Of a stretch of 64,000 bases of DNA, positions 9,709-18,950 are shown in pieces. Source of the DNA: a virus; the IMG/VR virus record IMGVR_UViG_3300022602_004807, positions 3,753 to 67,752 of that record; one strand, written 5' to 3'. How positions within the stretch are numbered: position 1 is the first letter of the stretch; every line of letters starts with the position of its first letter. The notes under the pieces were generated by a model. It was not told the origin of the DNA and searched no databases. It worked only from the letters and a program-made list of their open reading frames with translations. The translations under genes and the position numbers were made by a program.

Positions 9709-12171
9709 TCATGCTAATCCGTAGTTCGCGTGAGCAGGACCAAAAACATTCGCCACGGACTCACGAATGGTCGACGCAATCCCATGGCCATTGGTGGCCT
9801 GGGTGTGGACATTGATCGACCCGATGTGCGTCTGGGTGTGCGACGTGTTGTTCACCGGGTTGTGGTGATAGTTGTAGTCGGTCCTGATCGCCCCGGCGGC
9901 ACCCTTTGCAAGGTTCGACGGGTTAAACCAGTTCGGCTTTCCAGCATCCTGTGGGCTGCCTGATCCCGGATTGGTTCGATAGGCCTTCACGACGGCCCCC
10001 GACCTGTCGTTGTCAACTTTCGGGGATTCGAATTCGTGGGTGATGACACGAGAGCCAGGGCCAAGGCCTTCCGCAGTCGCATTCATCAAAATGCGCTTCG
10101 TCTGCTTGTACTGACCCGACATCGCTCGATGCGCCATTTCGCGCATCTGACCTTCCGCCGAATTCATTGCGTAGCCATGCTCTTTGAGCCAAGCAAACAT
10201 CGCGGATCGACGAGTAAGCCGGGCTCCGTAAATTCCGTAGCCCGTTCCCCCATCATGCGACTTATTCGGGTTTAGGCCAGATTCCATATCGGCCTGCCCG
10301 ACAAGGTGAGCCGCCGCGGCCCTCAGATTGGCTTCTGGGACACCTTCCTTGCGGAGCTGGTCCATCGCATAGCCCATCATGGCTTCGCGTGTTGCAGGCT
10401 TTGCTGATCCGCCTGTGCCGCCCGTGAACGGGCCGGAGCCGGGGCTCTTCGGCTCGCCTGGAGTGCCAGCACTTTTGCGGCCGGCACCAGTGAGGCTGGA
10501 CACGGCCCGAGATACCGCTGCCGCAGGGCCGGACGCAGCCCCACTCGGACCGGATCCGAATAGGGTGTTCATCAACCCGCCGAATAGGCCACCAGACGAG
10601 CCTGCAGACGAATTCTCGCCCATCTGGACCAGCTTTACGGGCAAGGGGTTTGAGGACGACACCTCGCCCCCACTCACGCGAATAGCGAGCCCCATGATTG
10701 CGCTGGCGGCTGACGCGGCTGCGTTCGGCAGGCCGGTCCCAATTCCCGCGAACATGCGACCAAGATCCGGGATGATCGTCCCGCTGGTGCGAGGTGTGAA
10801 CAGTTCAGGCCGGCGCTCACCCACAAGATAGGTCTTGCCAGCTTCGACAGGTCCGCCACCAGCACGAGCCCCGTCAATGCCGGGCGGCATTGGAACGAAC
10901 GGCCCCTTGCCTGGCATTAGCCCGTCAGGGTCGCTCGGTAGGCCTCCGGATGGCCCTGTATTCATCTCAGGCAGATGCAGCGTTTCGCGCGCCGCCTGTC
11001 CTTCCGTTAATCCCTTTTTCAGCCACTCCGGAGCGCTGGATGAAATCATAGAGAGGGCGCTGCCAAATAGCCCGACGATACCAGTTACAGACCCCGCAGC
11101 AGCAGCCATGAAACTTGCGAAAGTTCTGGCGTATCCAGCGATTTTTGCCATGCCGACGACAATTCGAGCAATTTTCATCGTCGCCCAAATGCCCGCAACG
11201 ACCTTCAGCGCAGTTCCCCACCCCGTCGTGCTCGAAACGATTGAGTCGATGCTTTTGGCTGTCGCCGCAATGTCCGACGCGATCTTCGGGACGTTATCCC
11301 GAATCCATTCCAGCGTGCCCCGGATCGCGTCTGAGAAGGCTTCCTTGTTGGCTTGCGCCCAACGCTGAAAGTCGCTGACAACGCCTTCCACGACAGGCGC
11401 AATCTTCGGGAGGATGTCGTTTGCAACCGCTGCGAGGGTCTGCTTCAGCTCAGTGAATGATGTCAGCAGCCGGTTCGACGCATCAATGGCAGCCGGCGAC
11501 GTCAGCCCGATTTGGCCGCTCTTCTCCAGCTCCTCCCGAACCTTCTTGCTGCCCTGAACGAGCAGGTTGAATTCCGATTCCGGGATGTGAAGCTTCTGCG
11601 CCAGGTCGAGGGCAACGGTCCTCTGGCCCTGATCGTCCAGCTTCTTGAGCGCATCGGCAGCAGACAACAGGAACGGCGTCAGGCCATGCCCATAGTCGAC
11701 AGCTTGCCCCGACAGCGCGCCGATGCGAGCGATGGCTTCCATGAAGCCTTGGCTCTGCTGGCCAATCTTGACGTTAGCCAGCTCGGTGCTGATGGCCCGG
11801 ATCGACTCCGCCGCGCCCTCAGACGTATGCGACACACGCTCGATTGCGTTGACCAGCGCCTGCACATCCTGCGGCTTCTGGCCGACGTTGGCCGCAAACA
11901 GCCCCAGCGCGGCATCCGCCTTGGTCAGGTCGGACGTGAAGTCCTTGAGGCCTCTTGCGCCTGCCAGTACCGCGAACAGCTCAAGGAACCGGATCGTCAG
12001 CTTGTTGACAAACTCGTTCGACGACTTGATCGACTTCTCAATCTCGGCCCCGCCCTTGCGGACGGTTTCCTTGGTCTTGTCGATCTGGTCGCGGGCTTCC
12101 TGCTGCCCCCTGCGCAGGTCCTTGGAATCGAAGCCAAGCGTGACAACGAGAGAATCAATAACCGTTGCCAT
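9709..12171 (-). CDS. Tape measure protein with C-terminal phage tail lysozyme-like domain
   Basis: MATVIDSLVVTLG start, long helical region, RAGGGPV..G..YLVGERRPELF motif, AAA.LVG...ESGLNP....GYGI..FESP lysozyme-like motif. Confidence 0.88.
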   Translation of the reverse strand: MATVIDSLVVTLGFDSKDLRRGQQEARDQIDKTKETVRKGGAEIEKSIKSSNEFVNKLTIRFLELFAVLAGARGLKDFTSDLTKADAALGLFAANVGQKPQDVQALVNAIERVSHTSEGAAESIRAISTELANVKIGQQSQGFMEAIARIGALSGQAVDYGHGLTPFLLSAADALKKLDDQGQRTVALDLAQKLHIPESEFNLLVQGSKKVREELEKSGQIGLTSPAAIDASNRLLTSFTELKQTLAAVANDILPKIAPVVEGVVSDFQRWAQANKEAFSDAIRGTLEWIRDNVPKIASDIAATAKSIDSIVSSTTGWGTALKVVAGIWATMKIARIVVGMAKIAGYARTFASFMAAAAGSVTGIVGLFGSALSMISSSAPEWLKKGLTEGQAARETLHLPEMNTGPSGGLPSDPDGLMPGKGPFVPMPPGIDGARAGGGPVEAGKTYLVGERRPELFTPRTSGTIIPDLGRMFAGIGTGLPNAAASAASAIMGLAIRVSGGEVSSSNPLPVKLVQMGENSSAGSSGGLFGGLMNTLFGSGPSGAASGPAAAVSRAVSSLTGAGRKSAGTPGEPKSPGSGPFTGGTGGSAKPATREAMMGYAMDQLRKEGVPEANLRAAAAHLVGQADMESGLNPNKSHDGGTGYGIYGARLTRRSAMFAWLKEHGYAMNSAEGQMREMAHRAMSGQYKQTKRILMNATAEGLGPGSRVITHEFESPKVDNDRSGAVVKAYRTNPGSGSPQDAGKPNWFNPSNLAKGAAGAIRTDYNYHHNPVNNTSHTQTHIGSINVHTQATNGHGIASTIRESVANVFGPAHANYGLA

Positions 12172-12406
12172 GTTCTTTTCGCTCCCGTTCCTTTTGAACG
12201 ATGCGCCGGTTGTGCGCGTCCACCGAGTTGATCTCTAGGAGGAGATAGACATCTTCGATGGAATAGTCGGTCTGGCAGTCCCTCAGACTCGCCTTGCCCG
12301 AGGAGACGACCGCCCCGATGGTAGCGGGGGTGTTGGCGTATTCGAGGAAGTTTCCGCCGGCGTCTCCGAGGTCGAGCTCGATGGGGCGCCGGGAAGCGAA
12401 AAACCC
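12155..12406 (-). CDS. Tail assembly chaperone, -1 frameshift extension (gpGT-like)
   Basis: Open -1 frame relative to 12283..12777, entered at G GGT TTT; no good own start; ends overlapping tape-measure start. Confidence 0.75.
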   Translation of the reverse strand, partial: GFFASRRPIELDLGDAGGNFLEYANTPATIGAVVSSGKASLRDCQTDYSIEDVYLLLEINSVDAHNRRIVQKERERKEHGNGY

Positions 12407-12777
12407 GTGTGAAGCTTGAAAACCTCCCACTTGAGGATCAGCCGGGTCTTCGTTTCCTCGATGTCGTCCAGCGTCAGCTTGCGCCGAAGCATTGGATTGG
12501 ACGGGTCAGGAAGCACATAGACGCACTTCATCAGCTCGTCCGCCAGGCGCCATGATTCCTCGCCCGGCATGTGGAACAGCGCGTTGATCCCGATGACCGC
12601 GAGCTGCTCCATTCCAGCGCCAGCGATGTCGCCCACGTCGACACCACCAGCTGCAAGTGCCATGACGACCTGCCATGCCCAACGCTCGGCATCGTAGGCC
12701 GACATTTCGGCAATGAGGAACGTCTTGCCCTTGTCCCGGCCCTCGTCCGAGACGATGTATTCGACTTCCTTACGCAA
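12283..12777 (-). CDS. Tail assembly chaperone (gpG-like)
   Basis: GRDKGKTF.I.EMSA..AERWA motif; between tube and tape measure. Confidence 0.8.
   Translation of the reverse strand: MRKEVEYIVSDEGRDKGKTFLIAEMSAYDAERWAWQVVMALAAGGVDVGDIAGAGMEQLAVIGINALFHMPGEESWRLADELMKCVYVLPDPSNPMLRRKLTLDDIEETKTRLILKWEVFKLHTGFSLPGAPSSSTSETPAETSSNTPTPPLPSGRSSPRARRV
12400..12406 (-). other. Programmed -1 ribosomal frameshift heptamer GGGTTTT
   Basis: ACG GGT TTT TCG in chaperone frame; X XXY YYZ pattern; -1 frame reads GGG TTT TTC GCT and stays open to 12155. Confidence 0.75.
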
Positions 12778-12793
12778 GGTCGAATTCCTTCAC

Positions 12794-13246
12794 TCAGGTG
12801 ATCGGAGACGTGTTGGCGGGCGCTGGGAAGATCGAGTTCCAGACGATCCCGTACTTCCTCGGCTGCAGGATCTTGTGAACGCCCGAATAGGTCGGGTAGC
12901 TCGAAAGGTATCCGTTGACGAGCAGGTACTTTTTCCCGATGGCCGGGAGCGTCAGGGTGCCAGAGCAGCCGATGGCATCCTTGATGTTCTGCATCTGCAC
13001 CCACCAATTATCGAAGATGTCATTGGATGGTGAATTCGCCTGCAGGGTGATCGTCTGCTCGAACGGCACGAACTGGAAGCCGGCCGCGAGAACGCCATCC
13101 ACGCCCATCTGGGTCTCGATGGTCCGGATTTCCGCGACGTCGGTGACGTTGTCGGTGGAGAACTGCTGCAGCTGCTGAGGGGTAGGATAGAGACCCGGAA
13201 TTGCCAGTGCGAAGATTGCATTGGCGGCGGTCAATGTACCAGCCAT
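12794..13246 (-). CDS. Tail tube protein
   Basis: 150 aa following sheath; MGVDG.L.AG, ITLQANSPS motifs. Confidence 0.85.
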   Translation of the reverse strand: MAGTLTAANAIFALAIPGLYPTPQQLQQFSTDNVTDVAEIRTIETQMGVDGVLAAGFQFVPFEQTITLQANSPSNDIFDNWWVQMQNIKDAIGCSGTLTLPAIGKKYLLVNGYLSSYPTYSGVHKILQPRKYGIVWNSIFPAPANTSPIT

Positions 13247-13282
13247 GTTGATGACTCCTGTTGAAGGTTATGGGGCCGCCGA

Positions 13283-15226
13283 TTACGGGATTTCGATGGA
13301 GGCGAGGTTGATGGACTGCACGCTGCCGCCGTCGGTGTACCAGAAGGTCATCGGCGGAGTTCCGCGGGCCTGCCGGACCTGCGCACTCGCGGGGAGGATC
13401 TGCAGGTAATAGCCCAGCGTCGACAGTGTCGTGTCGATCTTGACGCCCGCCTGATTGTTCACCTCTGCGGCCTGCAGGAGGCTCAGCGGCACGCCCTGAC
13501 GGATCAGGCCGAAGTTGATGGCCTGCGCGATGACAGTCTGGCAGGCCGCGTCGATGAGCGCATATCCCGCCGCGTTGTAGGGGATCGACTTGACGTTGGT
13601 CAGCAGCGCCATCAGCGAAAGTTGGAACTGCGCATTCATCCAGATCTGGCCGATGAAGGCATCCGCCCACAGGAATGGCCCGGTGACCGAACCTGGCCAC
13701 AGATAGTTGAACTGCTGCGCAGCCGTTGCGACCGCCACGTAGCAGTTATAGCCGTTGGCCACGAGGTTGTTCATGGTCGTGACATTGGTCACGTCCGGCA
13801 CGACACCCGACTGGCCTTTGTAGGCAAAGGTGATGCGGCCGTTAAAGCCATTGTAATTGATCGAGGCTCCGAAGCCGGACACGACCCACTGCAGATAGGG
13901 GTTTGCAGTCTGCCACAAGCAGATGGTGCCGCTCGTGTTGGCAGCCTTCAGCAGGTAGCCAAGGCTCGACGTGGCGGTTGCGCTGTTGGCGGGGTTCGGG
14001 TCGCTGTCCAGCGCGATGTAGCAGAACTCGCCATTCTGCTGGCTGTTCCATAGGGCAAATGCCTGCTTGTTGGCGTTGCCAGACCCGAAGTCCGGATCGA
14101 AGTCGGTGAAGAAGGTCGCAAAGTTGACCGTCTCGCCGATGAGGTTGGTCATGTAGGCGGCGGGGGTGATGACCGCACCTGCGCCCTGCGAGAGGGTGAC
14201 GCCGGTCGCCGCCGTGAGGAGCAACAGGGCGGACAAGGTGCCGGTCGGGGCCGCGATGGTCGACACAGCGCCAACGGCACCAGAGGTCACGACGAAAGCG
14301 CTGGCCGTGCTGTCCCACGAAACCGTGGGGGTTGCAGGCTTGACCGTGATCGACGTGCTCGAGGCCGTCTGGGACGGGGACACGAAATAGGTGCCCGTGG
14401 TGCCAGTGCCGGTGCCGAAAGCCCAGATCTGCGTCCCAGCGGTCACGCCCGAGCCCGACAGGACGTTCTGCAGGGCAATTGTTCCAGACGACACGGCGGA
14501 CACTGTGAGCGTGCCATAGCTGCCGGTGATCGCAGTCGAGGCGACCGTCTGGGCGATGCTGACCGAATAGGTGCCGACACCGTTGGCGGTGCCCGACAGC
14601 TGGCTGGTGATCATCGTGCCGGCTGTGACGCCGGTGCCGGTGATGATGGTGCCTTGAACGATAGAGCCAGACGAGACTGCGGTGACCGTCAGGGTGTTTC
14701 CTGCGATCGACCCGGTGAAGGCATTGGTGGATGCCGCAATGGAGCCTGTCACGGACGCGCCGGACGGCGGGGTTGCCGTGATGGCCGTCTGGATGAGGGA
14801 GGCCGCATTGCTGAAGCTGGTTGCGGTCGAAAGGCTCACGCCGGTCGCGGACCACGTATAGCCGTCAGCAACGAACGAGATGTTGCCGGTATAGGCCTGC
14901 AGGGTGGCGAGGGACACGCTCAGCAGCGACCCGCGAGCCCAAGCCGCGACAGGCGTCACGTTGTACTGCGAGAAGGCGAGCGAGGCGGGCTTGATGTCCG
15001 AATTGTCGAATCCGGCAAAATAGTAGCCGGCGCCAATCGCCTGCGTGGACGCCGCTCCGAAGTAGGCCGCGACAGCAGCCTGCGAGGAGAATGGCACCAC
15101 CGTGTTGATCGGCACGCGCGGGCTGGAGGTGAGGCACAGGCCGATCATGCTCAGGGCCGTGCCGGTAAGCCCTTCGACCCCCGGAATGACGCTGACGAAA
15201 TTTGAGGCCGGAATTGTATTGACCAT
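13283..15226 (-). CDS. Tail sheath protein (DUF3383-like) with inserted modules
   Basis: IPASNFVSVIPGV start; GRITFAYK.Q.G, SIPYN..GYALI, WYTDGGSVQ motifs. Confidence 0.9.
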   Translation of the reverse strand: MVNTIPASNFVSVIPGVEGLTGTALSMIGLCLTSSPRVPINTVVPFSSQAAVAAYFGAASTQAIGAGYYFAGFDNSDIKPASLAFSQYNVTPVAAWARGSLLSVSLATLQAYTGNISFVADGYTWSATGVSLSTATSFSNAASLIQTAITATPPSGASVTGSIAASTNAFTGSIAGNTLTVTAVSSGSIVQGTIITGTGVTAGTMITSQLSGTANGVGTYSVSIAQTVASTAITGSYGTLTVSAVSSGTIALQNVLSGSGVTAGTQIWAFGTGTGTTGTYFVSPSQTASSTSITVKPATPTVSWDSTASAFVVTSGAVGAVSTIAAPTGTLSALLLLTAATGVTLSQGAGAVITPAAYMTNLIGETVNFATFFTDFDPDFGSGNANKQAFALWNSQQNGEFCYIALDSDPNPANSATATSSLGYLLKAANTSGTICLWQTANPYLQWVVSGFGASINYNGFNGRITFAYKGQSGVVPDVTNVTTMNNLVANGYNCYVAVATAAQQFNYLWPGSVTGPFLWADAFIGQIWMNAQFQLSLMALLTNVKSIPYNAAGYALIDAACQTVIAQAINFGLIRQGVPLSLLQAAEVNNQAGVKIDTTLSTLGYYLQILPASAQVRQARGTPPMTFWYTDGGSVQSINLASIEIP

Positions 15227-15244
15227 CTTCGAGCTCCTTCGAGC

Positions 15245-15979
15245 TTACACGGGATTGGAATTGGCAGGCGTTTCGATTGTGACCGACAGCGCGTCGGCAA
15301 AATCCTGCGGCGCACTCATTGAGACATTCAAGCCCATTTCGGCGGTGATCACCCAGCGGGTTTCCATTTGCTGCTGGTCGTTCCAGAACGGGATCTGCTT
15401 TGGATCGTCGGCCGAAATTGGAGAAACATCGCCCGGGCCGAAGCCTGACCAGAAGTCCTGCGCCGTCTGATCCCGATAGAAGGTCGAGATCAGCATGGCG
15501 TTTGCAGCACTGTTGGGCCCGTGCACGTCGAGCTGCACAGACATGCTCATCGACTGCATGAGCCCGATCTGGCCGCAGGACATTTTCTCGCTCGAGATCG
15601 TTGCAGAGGCGCTGATGGTGTAGGTCCCTACCCCGCCGGTCGTCCCGCTGGTCTGCGAGACGATCTGCGCATTGGCAGGAACGCTGGTTCCGAACAGCGT
15701 GGTCCCGGTGACGATGGTCCCAAAGTTCACGTGAGTGACCGTCAGGACCGTGCCACTCATCGACGCGGTGAACGAGCAGTCCGTATAGGTGTTGAGGTTC
15801 GTGGCGACGCGCTTCTGGTCCACCAGCGTCATCATCACGAAGTCGGGTTCGGCGGGCTCTGCAACCCTGTTGACCTGGGCCTGATAGACACCGACCCCAG
15901 ATGAAAGCACGGCCAGCAGAAAAGCCCGCAGCGTCGTCAGGACCGACGACTGAGTCTGCGATGGCGAGAAGTTCGTCAC
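15245..15979 (-). CDS. Tail terminator/neck protein with inserted module
   Basis: QAQVNRV.EP, VQLDVHGP, ADDPKQ.PF...QQ.E.RW motifs. Confidence 0.8.
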   Translation of the reverse strand: MTNFSPSQTQSSVLTTLRAFLLAVLSSGVGVYQAQVNRVAEPAEPDFVMMTLVDQKRVATNLNTYTDCSFTASMSGTVLTVTHVNFGTIVTGTTLFGTSVPANAQIVSQTSGTTGGVGTYTISASATISSEKMSCGQIGLMQSMSMSVQLDVHGPNSAANAMLISTFYRDQTAQDFWSGFGPGDVSPISADDPKQIPFWNDQQQMETRWVITAEMGLNVSMSAPQDFADALSVTIETPANSNPV

Positions 15980-16275
15980 CCGGCAAGCCCGTAGAATGCC
16001 ACGTTAAGGATGGCCCCAGCGGTCGCCTGAATGAATTGCAGGGCACTCATCGGGCCGCTGTAGAGGAACGGCTGATCGGTGGTGGTCATCAGCATCCCGA
16101 CGGTCGAAGTGGGTGCCGTGCCATCATCGCGCCAGCGGACGTTCTGCGCCTCAGCCTTCAGAAGGACGTGAGTGGTCCCGCCTGGGACCGTCACGCTTGC
16201 CGATTTGAAGGTGGTGGCTGCGGACATGCCGGTGAGTTGCGCATAGCCGAGCGCCTGATAACGGGCGATTTCCAT
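15976..16275 (-). CDS. Hypothetical virion protein
   Basis: 99 aa, VRWRDDGTAPT..VG motif; coupled to neighbours. Confidence 0.7.
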   Translation of the reverse strand: MEIARYQALGYAQLTGMSAATTFKSASVTVPGGTTHVLLKAEAQNVRWRDDGTAPTSTVGMLMTTTDQPFLYSGPMSALQFIQATAGAILNVAFYGLAG

Positions 16276-16278
16276 TGG

Positions 16279-16662
16279 TCAGCTTCCGTTTTGGAGGGTA
16301 GCGCAGACCTTCGTCCAGTTCGGGTAGGACTCCAGCTCTTGCACGACTAGCCAGACGCCCGCGTTCGCGCCGTCCGTGAGGGTGATCAGGTCACCGCCCT
16401 TGTTGGTCACCCGAGAGAGCGCGTTCGCGTCCCCAAACAGGTAGATCGCGCGCTGCGAGCCGTTCAGGTTGATGCCCGACAACTGCCGCAGGTCACCGGA
16501 GGAAAGCGGCTGCACCTGCGCAGACACCGTCACAGGGGCTGCATAGGCAGGGACGCGCGTTCCATCCGCGTTGGTGGTGGTCCCGGCGGACGCTTGGTAG
16601 GTCGCTGGAACATTTGGGTTGATCGCCTGAATGATGGGGTTGGCGATCCCGTGCAGGTTCAC
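16279..16662 (-). CDS. Head closure/head-tail adaptor
   Basis: MNLHGIA..I..INP, AQVQPL, GGDLI, WLVVQ.LE..PNW motifs. Confidence 0.8.
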   Translation of the reverse strand: MNLHGIANPIIQAINPNVPATYQASAGTTTNADGTRVPAYAAPVTVSAQVQPLSSGDLRQLSGINLNGSQRAIYLFGDANALSRVTNKGGDLITLTDGANAGVWLVVQELESYPNWTKVCATLQNGS

Positions 16663-16663
16663 G

Positions 16664-17398
16664 TTACGCGCTCAGGAGCTGGTGCCAGGCGCCGGCGACG
16701 GTCGTGAAGTATTCCGCCGTTTTGCCTGCGGCCAGCGCCACGCCGGTCGCGCCTGCAACGCCATTGATCGTGTCGGAGCCGTTGCCATAGACCTGCAGGG
16801 AGTTTGCCCCAGCATTCATGACCACGATGCTCATCCCGCCCGCGGCGACTGGAAGAACGGCGCCTGTGCCGCTGCCGACGGTCGTGAAACGGTTCTGGCA
16901 GGTCTTGATGGGCGTCGCAGTCGCTTGGTTCGCGCCAGCCCCGCTCATTGCGTCCTGATAGGAGAAGGTCGGAAAGTTGCCGGCATATCCGGTCCCCAGA
17001 CCTTCGACATACCAAGCGCCAGCAGTGGCGCACATATACAGGGCCACGCTGCCTTGCATCTGGGTGACGCCGGTCGCGCCAGCCACGTCGCTCACCGTAT
17101 CCGAGCCATTTCCGTAAACTTGGATCGGGTTATTGCCATGGTTGATCACGACGATGGTCACGCCAGCCTGAGAGGCAGGCAGTCGGACGCCGTTGCCTGA
17201 TGTCGCGCTGGTCGTGACGCGATTGACCTCGGCGGTCAGCGCGGTGGCGCCGGCCTGCGTCTGCGTCGTGCCCGCGACGATGTTGTCTTGAAAGCTCTCA
17301 ATGAACAATGTGTTCGGTGCAAGGCCGAGGCCGGGCATATTCAGCGAGCTCACGTCGCCGTTGCTGGAGCTGAATAGAACAAGATTCTGATTTGCCAT
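16664..17398 (-). CDS. Virion accessory protein with tandem ~100-aa duplication
   Basis: Two copies of Q..AT....NR.TT...G.G..LP...G..IVV.N.G.N..QVYGNGSDT...VAGATGV..AGAW. Confidence 0.75.
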   Translation of the reverse strand: MANQNLVLFSSSNGDVSSLNMPGLGLAPNTLFIESFQDNIVAGTTQTQAGATALTAEVNRVTTSATSGNGVRLPASQAGVTIVVINHGNNPIQVYGNGSDTVSDVAGATGVTQMQGSVALYMCATAGAWYVEGLGTGYAGNFPTFSYQDAMSGAGANQATATPIKTCQNRFTTVGSGTGAVLPVAAGGMSIVVMNAGANSLQVYGNGSDTINGVAGATGVALAAGKTAEYFTTVAGAWHQLLSA

Positions 17399-17410
17399 GT
17401 TGGCGTCTCC

Positions 17411-17953
17411 TTAAGATTTCACTGCATAGTTCGCGGATGCGAGCATGTGCCCGCTATCAACGAGGGGTTTGTCTGATGCGCCGAAGTCGGACTGCCCAGC
17501 GGCCACGCGCTTCTTCGCCTCTGCAAAGCGTTCCCAGAATGGCTTGTCCCGCCACTCTGACTGGCTGCGCAACCCGCGCAGCATGACCGTGATCGGGCTC
17601 AAGGCCGGGCTATTCGTCTCGATGATGGATTCCTGAAGCTGGCCGGTCACAAGCGCGCCGATCTGGCCCAGCGTTTTGTTCGCATCGAAGTCGTTGGCCT
17701 CAAGCGAACCCTTGATGTCCGCCGCCCACTCGCTCTTGCGCTTTGAGATCATGGTCCGAAAATACGGACGCGGTGGCACACCCTTGCCGGGAGCGCCGAA
17801 TTCCTGAATGGCCGCAACCATCGCGACCAGCGTGCCGTCTGGATAGGTCGCGTCTTCGAGAAACCCGATGTCGACGGTCTTGGCCTTGGTCAGCTTGTCG
17901 ATGCGCTTCTGGATGGCGCCGGCAAACTTGTCGCCGCCCTTCACCTGCACCAT
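17411..17953 (-). CDS. Neck/tail completion protein
   Basis: VA.VAAIQEFG, PPRPYFR, KPLVDSGHML motifs. Confidence 0.8.
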   Translation of the reverse strand: MVQVKGGDKFAGAIQKRIDKLTKAKTVDIGFLEDATYPDGTLVAMVAAIQEFGAPGKGVPPRPYFRTMISKRKSEWAADIKGSLEANDFDANKTLGQIGALVTGQLQESIIETNSPALSPITVMLRGLRSQSEWRDKPFWERFAEAKKRVAAGQSDFGASDKPLVDSGHMLASANYAVKS

Positions 17954-17962
17954 GGCAGCCCC

Positions 17963-18409
17963 CTATCGGAACCAAGGAAAGCCGCCGAAGATGCCTGGGC
18001 GCGGATATGGCGTGTTGCGGGTGTAGTACCGACCGCGCGTCACCGCCTTGATGAGCTGGTAGAACATGGCCCCATATTGGGTCTGGTTGAACCATGCCCC
18101 ATTCGGGCTGCCCTGCGGGAAGTCTGCGGAGACACTGACAGAGCCCTCGGATGCAGAGCCAACACGCCCTACAAGGCCAGAGACGGGCTGGGTTGTGGAT
18201 CCGTACATCAGCTGCGCGACGTGCGCGACCATCAGCCAGAGGGCCTGCAGCTGCATCGTCGGGTCGTCGATAGGCCCGCCGCCATCGTTGCGGCAATAGA
18301 CCTGGGCGAGGGTCAACACCGGCCCATTGATCTGGGTCGGTGTCACGTTTGAGAATTGGGGATAGGCGGCGCTCCAGTCCGAGTAAACGAAGGTGACAGC
18401 GACGCCCAT
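17963..18409 (-). CDS. Head-tail connector (DUF4054-like)
   Basis: YPQF, L.VAH, GRV.SASEGSVSVS, WFNQTQYG motifs. Confidence 0.88.
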   Translation of the reverse strand: MGVAVTFVYSDWSAAYPQFSNVTPTQINGPVLTLAQVYCRNDGGGPIDDPTMQLQALWLMVAHVAQLMYGSTTQPVSGLVGRVGSASEGSVSVSADFPQGSPNGAWFNQTQYGAMFYQLIKAVTRGRYYTRNTPYPRPGIFGGFPWFR

Positions 18410-18421
18410 CTGATTTCCGGC

Positions 18422-18937
18422 TTACGCCGCCCTGTTTGCGTTGAGGCCCCGCGGAACGCGCGGATCGACGATCACATCAGCCCGGTTCTCGCGATCATAT
18501 CCACGGATCAGAGGCTCGATGCCGCTGAGGTCCTTTTCATGATCGGAGGCCTTGGCCTTGATGTCGGCAACGCTTTCGAAAGCAATGATCATGTTGCTTT
18601 TGACGAACGGTGCCAGCTTGTTCTGCTTGAGCCAGTTATCCCAAAATTCCCGAGGGACGTTGGGGGTCAGGGCATAGCCCATGACCATCTGGGGACGGTC
18701 CGGAAAGCCTTCCGGAATCACCCCGACCGGGTAAGCCGTGCCGCGAATGCGGACCGGATCACCCACCGGAACGAACTTCTTGATCTTGCGGCCCCCGACA
18801 GGGGTGTTCTCCCATTCCTCGATCTCCTGATCGACGTGAAGGTCGATCCAAGCGACGTGGATTTTGCAGGCCACGGTGACGTAGCCTGTGGGTGCCTTGG
18901 CTTCGACTTTCTGATCAGTCGGAATACGCTCTGCCAT
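18422..18937 (-). CDS. Conserved head-associated protein
   Basis: VTVACK, GYALTPNV..EFW..W motifs; GGAGAGAG RBS before ATG 18937. Confidence 0.75.
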   Translation of the reverse strand: MAERIPTDQKVEAKAPTGYVTVACKIHVAWIDLHVDQEIEEWENTPVGGRKIKKFVPVGDPVRIRGTAYPVGVIPEGFPDRPQMVMGYALTPNVPREFWDNWLKQNKLAPFVKSNMIIAFESVADIKAKASDHEKDLSGIEPLIRGYDRENRADVIVDPRVPRGLNANRAA

Positions 18938-18950
18938 AACTCTCTCCTGA

